Source: Octopus sinensis (lineage: Eukaryota). From it: DNA of 60,000 nt. Of the stretch, positions 23,716-35,668 are shown one piece after another. The DNA is taken from the NCBI RefSeq assembly GCF_006345805.1, contig NW_021833000.1, forward strand, positions 1 to 60,000, written 5' to 3'. Position 1 is the first letter of the stretch; every line of letters begins with the position of its first letter. The position numbers were made by a program, and so were the translations under genes. The notes beneath the pieces are model-generated. The model made no database searches. It worked only from the letters and a program-made list of their open reading frames with translations, and was not told where the DNA came from.

Positions 23716-24275
23716 CGAATGCATTAATTCTCTTCTGTGTAGTAATAGAATAATAAACAAGTCTTAACTAATTATTTTTCTTTGATATAAACTGTTTTAT
23801 TACAATATTTAATTAAAAACCTATCTTTGGGATGGTATGTTTCATGAAGGTAATTAGCTTATCATCCGGAAAAAATCGTCATTTAAGCGTGTAAAAGCAT
23901 TATGTGACAATGACAGTTTAGAAGAAATGAAATAAGCTTATGATAAATCAATCAGCATTAATTATCCATTGATTAGTCTTTCGTTTATGCTTCGGAATGA
24001 GCAACAAGAAGTCACTGTGAATGCTACTATTTTATTAGCTCAAAATTAATCGATGAGTTTATACCGAAACGCCTCAAAAAACTTTCTCGGACATTTCTTG
24101 TTTGGACTTGTTATTTCTTTTGAAGCCACGGGTTTTATCTTTAGTTTACTTATTAAATAAACTTTACTTGTGAATTTGTCGATGATCCGTCTTAAGTGTT
24201 TTATTATTGATCGTAGGACGAAAGGTGGTCTTATATCCTTTGTATATATGCGTGTATATATATATATATATATAT

Positions 24276-24360
<85 letters not shown>

Positions 24361-24550
24361 GTGTATTTTTACCTTGTTAACAATTAACACGGAAAAAATA
24401 AATAAATAAATAAATAGTTACCAGGGAAGCAAAAAATCTCACAGGTAAAGAGGTTGTAACTCCTTGTTTATAAAGGTAGAAACTTCGTGTTTACGTGGAA
24501 TTTTTTGTATAATATATAAATAAATAAATGGAGTTTAACGCAGGTATAAA

Positions 24551-24725
24551 TTTTACTTTCGACACATATTTCGAAAATTCCACTGATACTATTCAAAATA
24601 ATAAATGGCAATCTTCTCTGAGTTTCGTTTTTTCACTTTCCTGAAGAGAAGATTGCATTGTTTTATACCATTTATTCTTTTGAATAGTATCAGTGGAATT
24701 TTCGAAACATGTGTCGAAAGTAAAA
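24551..24725. repeat. 175-bp palindromic MITE-like element
   Basis: About 58-bp near-perfect arms plus an inner stem caatcttctct/agagaagattg. Confidence 0.75.
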
Positions 24726-24739
24726 ATATTTGTGTGTGC

Positions 24740-24992
24740 GGAGGCTCGTGGCTTAGTGGTTAGGGTATCAGCATCATGATCGTAAGATTGTGGTTTCGAT
24801 TCTTAGACCGGGTGACGCGTTGTGTTCTTGAGCAAAATACTTCATTTCACGTTGCTCCAGTCCACTCAGTTGGCAAAAATGTGTAACGCTGCGAAGGACT
24901 GGCATCCCGTCCAGTTGGGGGGAACACATACGCCATAGAAACCGGGAAACCGGGCCCATGAGCCTGGCTAGGCTTTAAAAGGGCGCATTTAT
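24740..24992 (+). mobile_element. tRNA-derived SINE with V-domain-like core (family D)
   Basis: tRNA head, then ttgctccagtccactcag...gactggcatcccgtccag...gaaaccggg. Diverged copy at 27158-27400. Confidence 0.65.
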
Positions 24993-25737
24993 TATTTTTA
25001 TTTTAACAATGTCCGAATGCTGGAGATTATTAGCAGCAGTGACTTCATCCCAGAATGCAGAAAATGTTACGCCTTCATTTTATCAATAACTTGACGTCTT
25101 ACTGTATGTGGCTGTACCACACCTCCTCCGACAGCATTGAGTAAAACAAAAAAGCATCTATGAAGTTTAAAAGAAAATCAATCAAATAGAAATCTATCGA
25201 TATATTATAATATCTGAAAGTACTTTTGTTAACCACATGCATAAAAATTTGTGGCTAGATTTGATTGGTTTATTTGTGAATGTTGTTTGAGAGATGAGGA
25301 AGTAGCAAAGCTGATGACTAGACTGGAATCTTTGATATAAAAGCATTTTGAGTGCAAAAAAAGGTAACAAAGAAGCCAGACATCAAATTGAAGAATTTGT
25401 TTCAGATAAATTTAAATAACTTGGCGACAATTTCAAGAGTTGAAAGAAAAGCGAATTCAAACTTCAATAAGTTTGGGGGACATTCTTTTAACAACACATC
25501 ATTTTCGAAGCCGGTATAAAAAGAAATCAACTAGTTAAACAAAATCTGTGAAAGTTTCCGAATTTTATTATTCAACTGTCAGATCCGGGATTTAAGAAAA
25601 TACAATTTGGCCACGTTTATCGAAAACTGGAAAAACGAAAAAGAAAAAAAAATTATTTAAATCTCAACTAAAATTGAAGTTTACTTGGCAAATCAGCACC
25701 AGTCATGATTCTTAAAGGTAAGTGAATTAACGATATT

Positions 25738-26153
25738 GGATCTGTTCGGTTTGATCGGCAGTTTTTTAAAATAATTTCCACGTAACTAAAAAATTTTAAA
25801 CTTCGTATACTTGTAGAATATGTTTATAAAACATCTTTTTCTCTTGGCTTTATTGAGAAAATTCTATAGTTTGTAAGATATTTGTTGTTTTTTTCTTCAA
25901 CTTCTGCAATTTCAAGCGATCAATGACGTCTATTGAGGTGAAAACATTCTGTGCCGTATGAATATGTCTCTCGTTTAAGAAACAGATTGGGTTTATTTAC
26001 ATTTGTGAAGAAAAAAAGATATCCTTCCCTCCACCCCTAACCCTAACCCTAAAACAGATTGAAATGCAATACATCGATACTAGGGTAATAATTATGGGTG
26101 ACAATTTCATATGACACCGCTAGCAAAAACTGCCGTTCAAACTGAAAAGATCC
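25738..26153. mobile_element. GGATC MITE, single copy in opposite orientation
   Basis: Both TIRs present, (CCCTAA) tract at about 26035-26050. Confidence 0.85.
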
Positions 26154-26825
26154 CAACACTTAGTACACTACTAAGCCATCCATTACAATATCATGGCATT
26201 ACCACGACTTTCGAGACGGAAGATACAACAATATGTATCACTCTTTATATCGGACAACTTTATTTGATCTCTCCATCAAACACCTATGAGTCATCGGTTA
26301 TTGTAATGAATCCCTGTTGTTCCCCATATTAACATCTACAGGTTCATGACTCCCCTGTTTCGTTCCAACCGTCGTCTCACCGTATTCGATGCAGTTCTAT
26401 GCAGTTGTTCCCTAGACACTGCCTCCAACACGAACAAGCACTCAATTTCACTCTTCAAACGTTCAGTCCTCATGAACCCAATCACTATACACTTTTTCTT
26501 TAGCATGCACATCATCACCCCCAACACAAATACGCACACATAACACTCATATACACACAGACACATAAGTCGACATAGATTCAAATATACATTCATATAA
26601 ATGGTACATACGTATATACCAGCCACATAAATGCAATCATACCTGTATACACATCCATACATATAAATTTCAGTAAACAGACACAAGAGCCACAATACAT
26701 ACACAAACATATACGTGCGTGCACACATACTGACACACACGCACTCACGGCAACATATACACACATACCCAACATATAATACAGCTAACATTCACGCATA
26801 CACAAGTACATACACACATGTTTAC

Positions 26826-27130
26826 TATTTCTTTACTACCCTCAAGGGGCCAAACACAGAGAGGGGACAAATAAGGACAGACAAACGGATTAAGAAATAC
26901 CTATTTCTTTACTACCCTCAAGGGGCTAAACACAGAGAGGACAAATAAGGACAGACAAACGGATTAAGTCGATTATATCGACCCCAGTGCGTAACTGGTA
27001 CTTAATTTATCGACCCCGAAAGGATGAAAGGCAAAGTCGACCTCGACGGAATTTGAACTCAGAACGTAACCGCAGACGAAATACTGCTAAGCATTTCGCT
27101 CGGCGTGCTAACGATTCTACCAGCTCGCCA
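26826..27130 (-). mobile_element. MetaSINE-like SINE with duplicated 3' tail
   Basis: Tail segment repeated before a full unit. Confidence 0.8.
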
Positions 27131-27623
27131 TGTTTACGCAACAATATATCCATATGTAGGCGCGTAACGTAGTGGTTAGGACGTTTCACTCATGATCGTA
27201 AGATTGCGGTGTCGAATCCTAGACCAGGCGATGCTTTGTGTTCCTCACCAAAACACTTCATGTCACGTTGCTCCAATTCACGTAGCTAGCAAAAGTGAGA
27301 AATCCTACAACAGACCGGCGTCAGGTTCAAATGAAGACTATATACGCCACAGAATCCGGGAACGGATTTTATGTGCCTATGGCTAGGAAAAGACCTTTCA
27401 TCTTTTTCATATTCATATATAGCCCCTGCATACACTAGGTTCAAAATAAATTCACGTATGTGCCACACACATATGATAAAACTATATACACATACATACT
27501 AACACATATATACTGGTTTCACAATATACGCAGTAAATGTACACATATATATATATATGCACGTGCACATAAATACTTTACACAGAATTGCCTCCCGTAT
27601 TGCTCTTGTACGTTTGAAATCTC

Positions 27624-30391
27624 GGATCTTTTCGTTTTGAACGGCAGTTTTTTTAAAATAATTTCCACGTAACTAAACACTTTTAAACTTCGTATACTGG
27701 TAGAATGTGTTTATAAAACATCTTTTTCTCTTGGCTTTATTGAGAATATTCTATAGTTTGTAAGATATTTGGATCTTTTCGGTTTGACCGGCAGTTTTTT
27801 AAAATAATTTCCACGTAACTAAACACTTTTAAACTTCGTATACTGGTAGAATGTGTTTATAAAACATCTTTTTCTCTTGGCTTTATTGAGAATATTCTAT
27901 AGTTTGTAAGATATTGGGATCTTTTCGGTTTGACCGGCAGTTTTTTAAAATAATTTCCACGTAACTAAACACTTTTAAACTTCGTATACTGGTAGAATGT
28001 GTTTATAAAACATTTTTCTCTTGGCTTTATTGAGAATATTCTATAGTTTGTAAGATATTTGGGATCTTTTCGGTTTGACCGGCAGTTTTTTAAAATAATT
28101 TCCACGTAACTAAACACTTTTAAACTTCGTATACTGTAGAATGTGTTTATAAAACATCTTTTTCTCTTGGCTTTATTGAGAATATTCTATAGTTTGTAAG
28201 ATATTTGGGATCTTTTCGGTTTGACCGGCAGTTTTTTAAAATAATTTCCACGTAACTAAACACTTTTAAACTTCGTATACTGGTAGAATGTGTTTATAAA
28301 ACATCTTTTTCTTGGCTTTATTGAGAATATTCTATAGTTGTAAGATATTTGGGTCTTTTCGGTTTGAACGGCAGTTTTTTAAAATAATTTCCACGTAACT
28401 AAACACTTTTAAACTTCGTATACTGGTAGAATGTGTTTATGAAACATCTTTTTCTCTTGGCTTTATTGAGAATATTCTATAGTTTGTAAGATATTTGGGA
28501 TCTTTTCGGTTTGACCGGCAGTTTTTTAAAATAATTCCACGTAACTAAACACTTTTAAACTTCGTTATACTAGTAGAATGTGTTTATAAAACATTTTTCT
28601 CTTGGCTTTATTGAGAATATTCTATAGTTTGTAAGATATTTGGGTCTTTTCGGTTTGAACGGCAGTTTTTTAAAATAATTTCCACGTAACTAAACACTTT
28701 TAAACTTCGTATACTGGTAGAATGTGTTTATAAAACATCTTTTTCTCTTGGCTTTATTGAGAATATTCTATAGTTTGTAAGATATTTGTTGTTGTTTTTT
28801 CTTCTTCAATTTCTGCAATTTCAACAATCACTGACGTCTGTTGAGGTGAAAACATTCTGTACCGTATGAATATGTCCCTCGTTTAAGAAACAGGGATCTT
28901 TTCGGTTTGAACGGCACTAAATACTTTTAAACTTCGTATACTGGTAGAATGTGTTTATAAAACATCTTTTTCTCTTGGCTTTATTGAGAATATTCTATAG
29001 TTTGAGAATTTGGGATCTTTTCGGTTTGACCGGCAGTTTTTTTAAAAAATTTCCACGTAACTAAACACTTTTAAACTTCGTATACTGGTAGAATGTGTTT
29101 ATAAAACATCTTTTTCTCTTGGCTTTATTGAGAATATTCTATAGTTTGTAAGATATTTGGGATCTTTTCGGTTTGACCGGCAGTTTTTTAAAATAATTTC
29201 CACGTAACTAAACACTTTTAAACTTCGTATACTGGTAGAATGTGTTTATAAAACATCTTTTTCTCTTGGCTTTATTGAGAATATTCTATAGTTTGTAAGA
29301 TATTTGGGATCTTTTCGGTTTGACCGGCAGTTTTTTAAAATAATTTCCACGTAACTAAACACTTTTAAACTTCGTATACTGGTAGAATGTGTTTATAAAA
29401 CATCTTTTTCTCTTGGCTTTATTGAGAATATTCTATAGTTTGTAAGATATTTGGGTCTTTTCGGTTTGAACGGCAGTTTTTTAAAATAATTTCCACGTAA
29501 CTAAACACTTTTAAACTTCGTATACTGGTAGAATGTGTTTATAAAACATCTTTTCTCTTGGCTTTATTGAGAATATTCTATAGTTTGTAAGATATTTGGG
29601 ATCTTTTCGGTTTGACCGGCAGTTTTTTAAAATAATTTCCACGTAACTAAACACTTTTAAACTTCGTATACTAGTAGAATGTGTTTATAAAACATCTTTT
29701 TCTCTTGGCTTTATTGAGAATATTCTATAGTTTGTAAGATATTTGGGTCTTTTCGGTTTGACCGGCAGTTTTTTAAAATAATTTCCACGTAACTAAACAC
29801 TTTTAAACTTCGTATACTGGTAGAATGTGTTTATAAAACATCTTTTTCTCTTGGCTTTATTGAGAATATTCTATAGTTTGTAAGATATTTGTTGTTGTTT
29901 TTTCTTCTTCAATTTCTGCAATTTCAACCAATCACTGACGTCTGTTGAGGTGAAAACATTCTGTACCGTATGAATATGTCCCTCGTTTAAGAAACAGGGA
30001 TCTTTTCGGTTTGAACGGCACTAAATACTTTTAAACTTCGTATACTGGTAGAATGTGTTTATAAAACATCTTTTCTCTTGGCTTTATTGAGAAAATTCTA
30101 TAGTTTGTAACATATTTGTTGTTGTTTTTTTCTTCAACTTCTGCAATTTCAAGCGATCAATGACGTCTATTGAGGTGAAAACATTCTGTGCCGTATGAAT
30201 ATGTCCCTCGTTTAAGAAACAGATTGAGTTTATTTACATTTCTGAAGAAAAAAAGATATCCTTCCCTCCACCCCTAACCCTAACCCTAAAACATATTGAA
30301 ATGCAATAGATCGATACTAGGGTCATAATTATGGGTGACAATTTCATATGACACCGCTAGAAAAAACTGCTGTGCAAAACCGAAAAGATCC
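27624..30391. repeat. MITE-derived satellite array A (~16 TIR-initiated units) inside one MITE
   Basis: ~147-bp units plus two ~252-bp and two deleted units. Flanks gaaatctc (27616-27623) and gaaatccc (30392-30399). Confidence 0.92.
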
Positions 30392-31136
30392 GAAATCCCA
30401 TTTCTTCTGGGTCACTTCCCGTCATTCAACCTCCGTCGTTTTCAGAATGACTTATTACAAACACTTCCTCCTGAATTTACTCCTTCACGCTTCTTACTGC
30501 GGTACGTTTGCTTTCTGGAAAAAAGCTCACCTTTAAATAATTTCCGCTCTGTAATCATTGAGTATTAAACTATTATTTACAGCATATTTTTGCTTTGTCT
30601 TCCGTGTTTTTTTTTTTGTTATTCTTGTAGTTAATGTTGTACCTAGGTCGACGTGTGTACGTGTGTTTAAAGGGGAATAAAAACCCCATTGATGTCTCTA
30701 TCCCTTATACCTAGTAACGTCAGTAATTTGACAAACAGGAATGGGTAAAATGAGTACCAAACGGTAATAATTCCTAACGTTGAAAGCATTCACTAATAAC
30801 CTTAAAGCCTTCATTTCACCCTGGCCACATTTCAAAGACTGAAACCAGTTGTAAAGGGAACTAGTTGCTTCTTTACACTTTTAGGGTGGAACTTGGGTGC
30901 AACACAATTTCCTTTCTTTAGATTCCAGAAACTGCCAGTCATGAACAAGAACGCAACTTAAAAAATATATATATATAACTCTTTATTTTCTTATTTACAA
31001 AAGAAGTTCGTTGGTATCTTGGTATCCACTTGGTGCGAAATAGCAAGGCTGAATTTTAACGTTTGTAAGCTTGTTACAACAAATTCAACAGCAACAGAGC
31101 AGGTCGTCACGGCGCTATTAAGGAAAACGCCCTAGA

Positions 31137-31277
31137 AACTACTGTCCCCTTCAGTCTCTAGCGCATGCGCATGAGGGAACCTCCCTATGCCTTTCCAGAA
31201 GGTTCTAGGAGGTTCCAACCCCGCACATGCGCACTGAAGAAGGACGTTGCGTGTGCGCACACTGGAATATGACGTCA
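31137..31277. promoter_or_regulatory. CpG-containing TATA-less promoter-like motif cluster
   Basis: GCGCATGCGCA (NRF1-type) 31161-31171, two more NRF1-like sites at 31222 and 31248, TGACGTCA (CRE) 31270-31277, AACTACtgTCCC (ZNF143-like) 31137-31148. Confidence 0.5.
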
Positions 31278-31419
31278 CTACACAGTAAAGAGATAACAGA
31301 ACAAAAGAATATATATGGTCGTGGGATCTTTATTAAAAAACTGCCGTTCAAACCGAAAAGATGCTACAAAAAAAATACACGGAATTTTCCAGTCTTTAAT
31401 TTAATAATATTTTACTGAG

Positions 31420-31804
31420 TGGAGGCGCAATGGCCCAGTGGTTAGGGCAGCGGACTCGCGGTCATAGGATCGCGGTTTCGATTCCCAGACCAGGCGTTGT
31501 GAGTGTTTATTGAGCGAAAACACCTAAAGCTCTACGAGTCCCCGGCAGAGGGGATGGTGGTGATCCCTGCTGTACTCTTTCACCACAACTTTCTCTCACT
31601 CTTACTTCCTGTTTCTGTTGTACCTGTATTTCAAAGGGCCGGCCTTGTCACTCTCTGTGTCACGCTGAATATCCCCGAGAACTACGTTAAGGGTACACGT
31701 GTCTGTGGAGTGCTCAGCCACTTACACGTTAATTTCACGAGCAGGCTGTTCCGTTGATTCGGATCAACCGGAACCCTCGTCGTCGCAACCGACGGAGTGC
31801 TTCC
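31420..31804 (+). mobile_element. tRNA-derived SINE family B, full length with 14-bp TSD
   Basis: TSD aatattttactgag at 31406-31419 and 31805-31818. A and B boxes present. Confidence 0.9.
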
Positions 31805-32141
31805 AATATTTTACTGAGCGATATTTTTCGATTTAGCATTGATTTGGATAGAGTTGAAGGAACATATTGCTACAACCGAAGGGATTTGTGGATGTATCAA
31901 ATTATACTAGGGACTTTTAACTTACGACACCGGTGTCGTACGTATTCAGACGGGGGAAACTTCGGTATATGTACCGGTGTAAGTACCGGATACATTTCGA
32001 GAAAGTGTTTTTTTTATATATGGGGGTTAGGGTTAGGTTTAGGGGTGGGATAAAAGGGTTTCTGTTATCTTCAGAAATGTAAACAAAGTCACGTGTGTAC
32101 TTAAACCGAAGGATCGCCAAGTTAAACTTATGGTAGTACTT

Positions 32142-32346
32142 AAGAAGAGTGATCCCGGTGCGCGCACTCGCGTACTCGCGCTAGCTAGTTGTGACTAGTC
32201 GGTCCTACAATGACTACCTAGCAAAGTAAATAAAACAAAACAAATAATTTTTTTAAAACAAAAACACAGAGTAAGGATCGACTAGTCACGACTAGCTAGC
32301 GCGGATGCGTGAGTACGCGAGTGCGCGCACCGGGACCACTCTTCTT
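32142..32346. repeat. 205-bp CpG-rich inverted-repeat element
   Basis: Arms aagaagagtg(a/g)tcccggtgcgcgcactcgcgtactc..., AT-rich centre. Confidence 0.8.
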
Positions 32347-33069
32347 TCTGGGCTGGATATAAATGAAGGAACAATATTGGGAGAACGAAAGGAATTTCTC
32401 AAAGCATTAAATTAGTTTGGGGACTTTTAACAGGCGACACCGGTATCATATTGAGACAGGGGAAATTTACGAGCGACACCGATCACCTTGAATGTTTCTA
32501 ATTAGTTCAGCTTAATTAATAAGATCGTGTGTAATAATTATGTGACGTTGCGGTAAATTTTAATGTTTGTCGATCAGATAAACGTGAGCTACATGTTTCA
32601 GGGTCTCTGTTCCATCGTGATCATCATTAAATATTCCACTTCATCCACAAAGGACATCGTTAATTGGATATTTCCTAATTAACAAAAGCAGGACCAAATG
32701 AACGAATGAACTTTTAATCAACCACAGATGAACGAATCGCTTTCTTCACTTTTTAGTTGACTTTCAAACAGAAACCAATAATTATTTATTGATTAGAAGA
32801 TCGTAACAGAAGAAGACATTGGTTCGCTTTTCCTACAACTCGGAGTGAATGAACAATCCTCATTTATTAAGAAGACTTATTCGTAAGGAGCCTGGCCGGG
32901 TGGAAAAATTGAAGAGGTGTATTACCCCAAAAAGAGACTAAAAATGTAAAAAGTGAGAGGATTATTACCTCGTGTTTGTGTTTTATTTTTAATTTTGAAC
33001 TGTGTAAGAGGTTTATTGCCTCATTGTGTTTTTTTTTTAAAAAGGGAAAAAAGAATAATGTTTTAGAGA

Positions 33070-33231
33070 AGCGAAGGTCGGCGGGCGCTTTTCGTCTTCT
33101 CCCATCCTTATCATCCTTGCATCATCATCATCATTCATCCCATTAATGTCTCTGTCTAGCCCTCAAGCTTCTCATTTAATGAAATAAAGAAGACGATACG
33201 TGAATTTGGCTCCCGTGAATTACAGAAATCG
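33070..33231 (+). other. Candidate non-coding first exon of the zinc-finger gene
   Basis: GC-richer segment ending at donor G|GTGAGT (33232). Candidate acceptor tttag at 35528 upstream of the ATG. Exon start is a guess. Confidence 0.35.
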
Positions 33232-33369
33232 GTGAGTAAATTCTTTGAAACAGGTAAATCATATTCTAGAAATACTCTCTTAAATGTTATGCAAAATATA
33301 AAACGATAATTAACTCGGGGTGTGACTAATTACAAAAGGCCAAAATGATAATTAAGTCACACCTATACT

Positions 33370-33788
33370 CTCTCTTTACTCTTTTTACTTGTTTCAGTCA
33401 TTTGACTGCGGCAATGTAGGAGCACCGCCTTTAGTCGAGCAAATCTATCCCAGGACATATTCTTTCGAAGCCTAGTACTTATTCTATCGGTCTCTTTTGA
33501 CAAATCGCTAAGTTACGGGGAGGTAAATACACCAGCATCGGTTGTCAAGCGATGTAGGGGTGGGCAAACACAGACGCACAAACATATACACACACATACA
33601 TACATATATACATATACATATATACGACGCGCTTCTTTCAGTTTCCGTCTACCAAATCCACTCACAAGGCTTTGGTCGGTCTGAGGCAATAGTAGAAGAC
33701 ACTTGCCCAATGTGCCACACGGTGGAACTGAACCCGGAACCATGTGGTTAGTAAGCAAGCTACTTACCAGACAGCCACTTCTACGCCT
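33370..33788 (-). mobile_element. SINE family A, full length, diverged
   Basis: Colinear with 11560-11975. Another partial copy at about 34290-34548. Confidence 0.85.
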
Positions 33789-34851
33789 ATATATATATTT
33801 TTTTTTTAATCACCACCACCCCTTAAAATTTTTTACTTTTTTGAAATATTCTCCTCTGTTTTAGATAACGGAGATTCCGAATGTGCAAGAAACCACGTTT
33901 TCAAAATTTTTAATTCAATAAGTATATAGATGTGTGTACAGGTAGATATGAAAGTCTTCCTGGGGCTAAAAACAACAGTAACACTGCCTTCTATAGGCCC
34001 ACCACATTCAGTTGACAAATATATTTTATGAATAAACGGACAGGGATAAATAGACAGACAGATAAATAAATGGATGAAAAAGTTCAAAATTAAAATTGAG
34101 GGAGGGGTGAATTCTTTTTTTTTTTTTTTTTTGATATTCGTAATCTCCGACATCTAAAACGTAGGAATCTGAAAAAATTTTTTTCGAAAAAATACATTTT
34201 TAAGAAGTGTGAAACTGCATTAGACCCTGAATTCCTGTTTTCAATATCGGAGACTACGATTTTGTCAACAGAGCACATTCTTTATAAGGCTAGTTCTTAT
34301 TCTATCTGCCTCTTTTGCTAAACCGCTAAGTTACGGTGACGTAAACACACCAACATTGATTATCAAGGGATAGTAGGGTATACAAACACAAACACAAATA
34401 TATACATATACGACGGGCTTCTTTCAGTTTCCTTTTACTAAATCCACTCACAAGGCTTTGGTCGGGCCGAGGCTATAGTAGAAGACACTTGCCCAAGGTG
34501 CCACACAGTGGGACTGAACCCCGAACCATGTGGTTGGTAAGCAAGCTTCTTAATATTTGCAATGTTAAATTATTTTGTCGTTTAACGATTCTTTTTATCT
34601 TACTGCTTCTTTTTTCTTATTTCAGAATATCACATCATGTTGACATAAAAGAAATTTCTTCATTCGGATGTGCCTTCGATATTCCTCACCAACTTTCATC
34701 ATTTAAAGGAAGACGATATTTTTATAAGGAGCATTCATCAATACATCAACCTCTTTACAAAAATATAATCTATAACAAACAACGGCAAAATATTTTTCTT
34801 GTCTTCCCTCACTGGAATGTAGAAGAGAAGATTGCCTTACATGTTGATTAA

Positions 34852-35474
34852 CCCTTTTGATACCAACCCAGCTGAAACCACCCCTGGCTCTGTAGTATAA
34901 ATGTCTTGTTTTCATTAGTTTTTCATTAGAATATGCCACCAAACCTTAGTTGCAATTTATGTTCCTAACACTAGCTTAATGATAACTAAGTTATTTTACT
35001 AAATTCATTATTATATCTTTATATATAAAAGTAAGGTTATGTGCTGTCTGTCTCCTACGATTTAGATTCCTAACTACTCCCACATTTTGCGGTGCAGTTT
35101 AACCAAAACCGGGTATCTTATAGTCGTGATTCATATCGAGCCCTTCTGGATATTAGCACGCGTCTACGAGGAGTCTACGATTTTAAAAATAATTTACCAT
35201 TAATTTCTCCCATTTTTAATGCACTTTTGGCATATATAAGGGAAGTAACTCTCTAAAAATTTATTATTAAATCTCAGATCGTAAAAAGCTATAGTAACAC
35301 CACCCCCCCCCGCTTGTGGTTAGCCATATTGAGATGGCTATTATACTTTACATCTCTAAAAATGCTTATATAGTTATTTCCCTTACAAACCCGAGCAACG
35401 CCGGGCGATGCTGCTAGTTTTAAATAATTGAAAGAAACACAGAGCATCTCAAAATAAATACAGTAACGAAAGGG
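34852..35474. mobile_element. piggyBac-type non-autonomous element (TTAA TSD) hosting a Helitron
   Basis: TTAA|cccttttgatac ... gtaacgaaaggg|TTAA. Confidence 0.7.
35016..35417 (+). mobile_element. Non-autonomous Helitron
   Basis: A|TC start, subterminal hairpin cccgagcaacgccggg, CTAG|T end. Confidence 0.8.
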
Positions 35475-35668
35475 TTAAGCTTGGATAAACTTTACAAAAG
35501 AGTTGACAGTTTTCACCTGTTGATTTAGGTATGAAGTAAGATCACAAATGAAAGAAGCATAGCATTAAATTATTCTCTGAAAATAGTGATCCAACTTCAT
35601 ACAAACATATTCATAGAAATGAAAAAATCATTATCATTGTGATACGTATAATTAATTATTCTCTCATA

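Noticed and set aside
26336-26560. Charged peptide FMRTERLKSEIECLFVLEAV... on the minus strand
   Set aside because: No domain, start or splice sites recognised, and it merges into microsatellite sequence.
31324-31364. 41-bp internally deleted GGATC MITE remnant
   Set aside because: Right TIR is clear, but the left is only 6 bp and there is no TSD, so it was not listed as a feature.
31420-31495. SINE heads as functional tRNA genes (also 11900-11975, 24740-24810)
   Set aside because: They continue into SINE bodies with tails or TSDs and lack complete acceptor stems.
31838-32115. Possible further MITE with palindrome tacgacaccggtgtcgta and a TTAGGG tract
   Set aside because: Resembles the GGATC family internally, but I could not define matching TIRs or a TSD.
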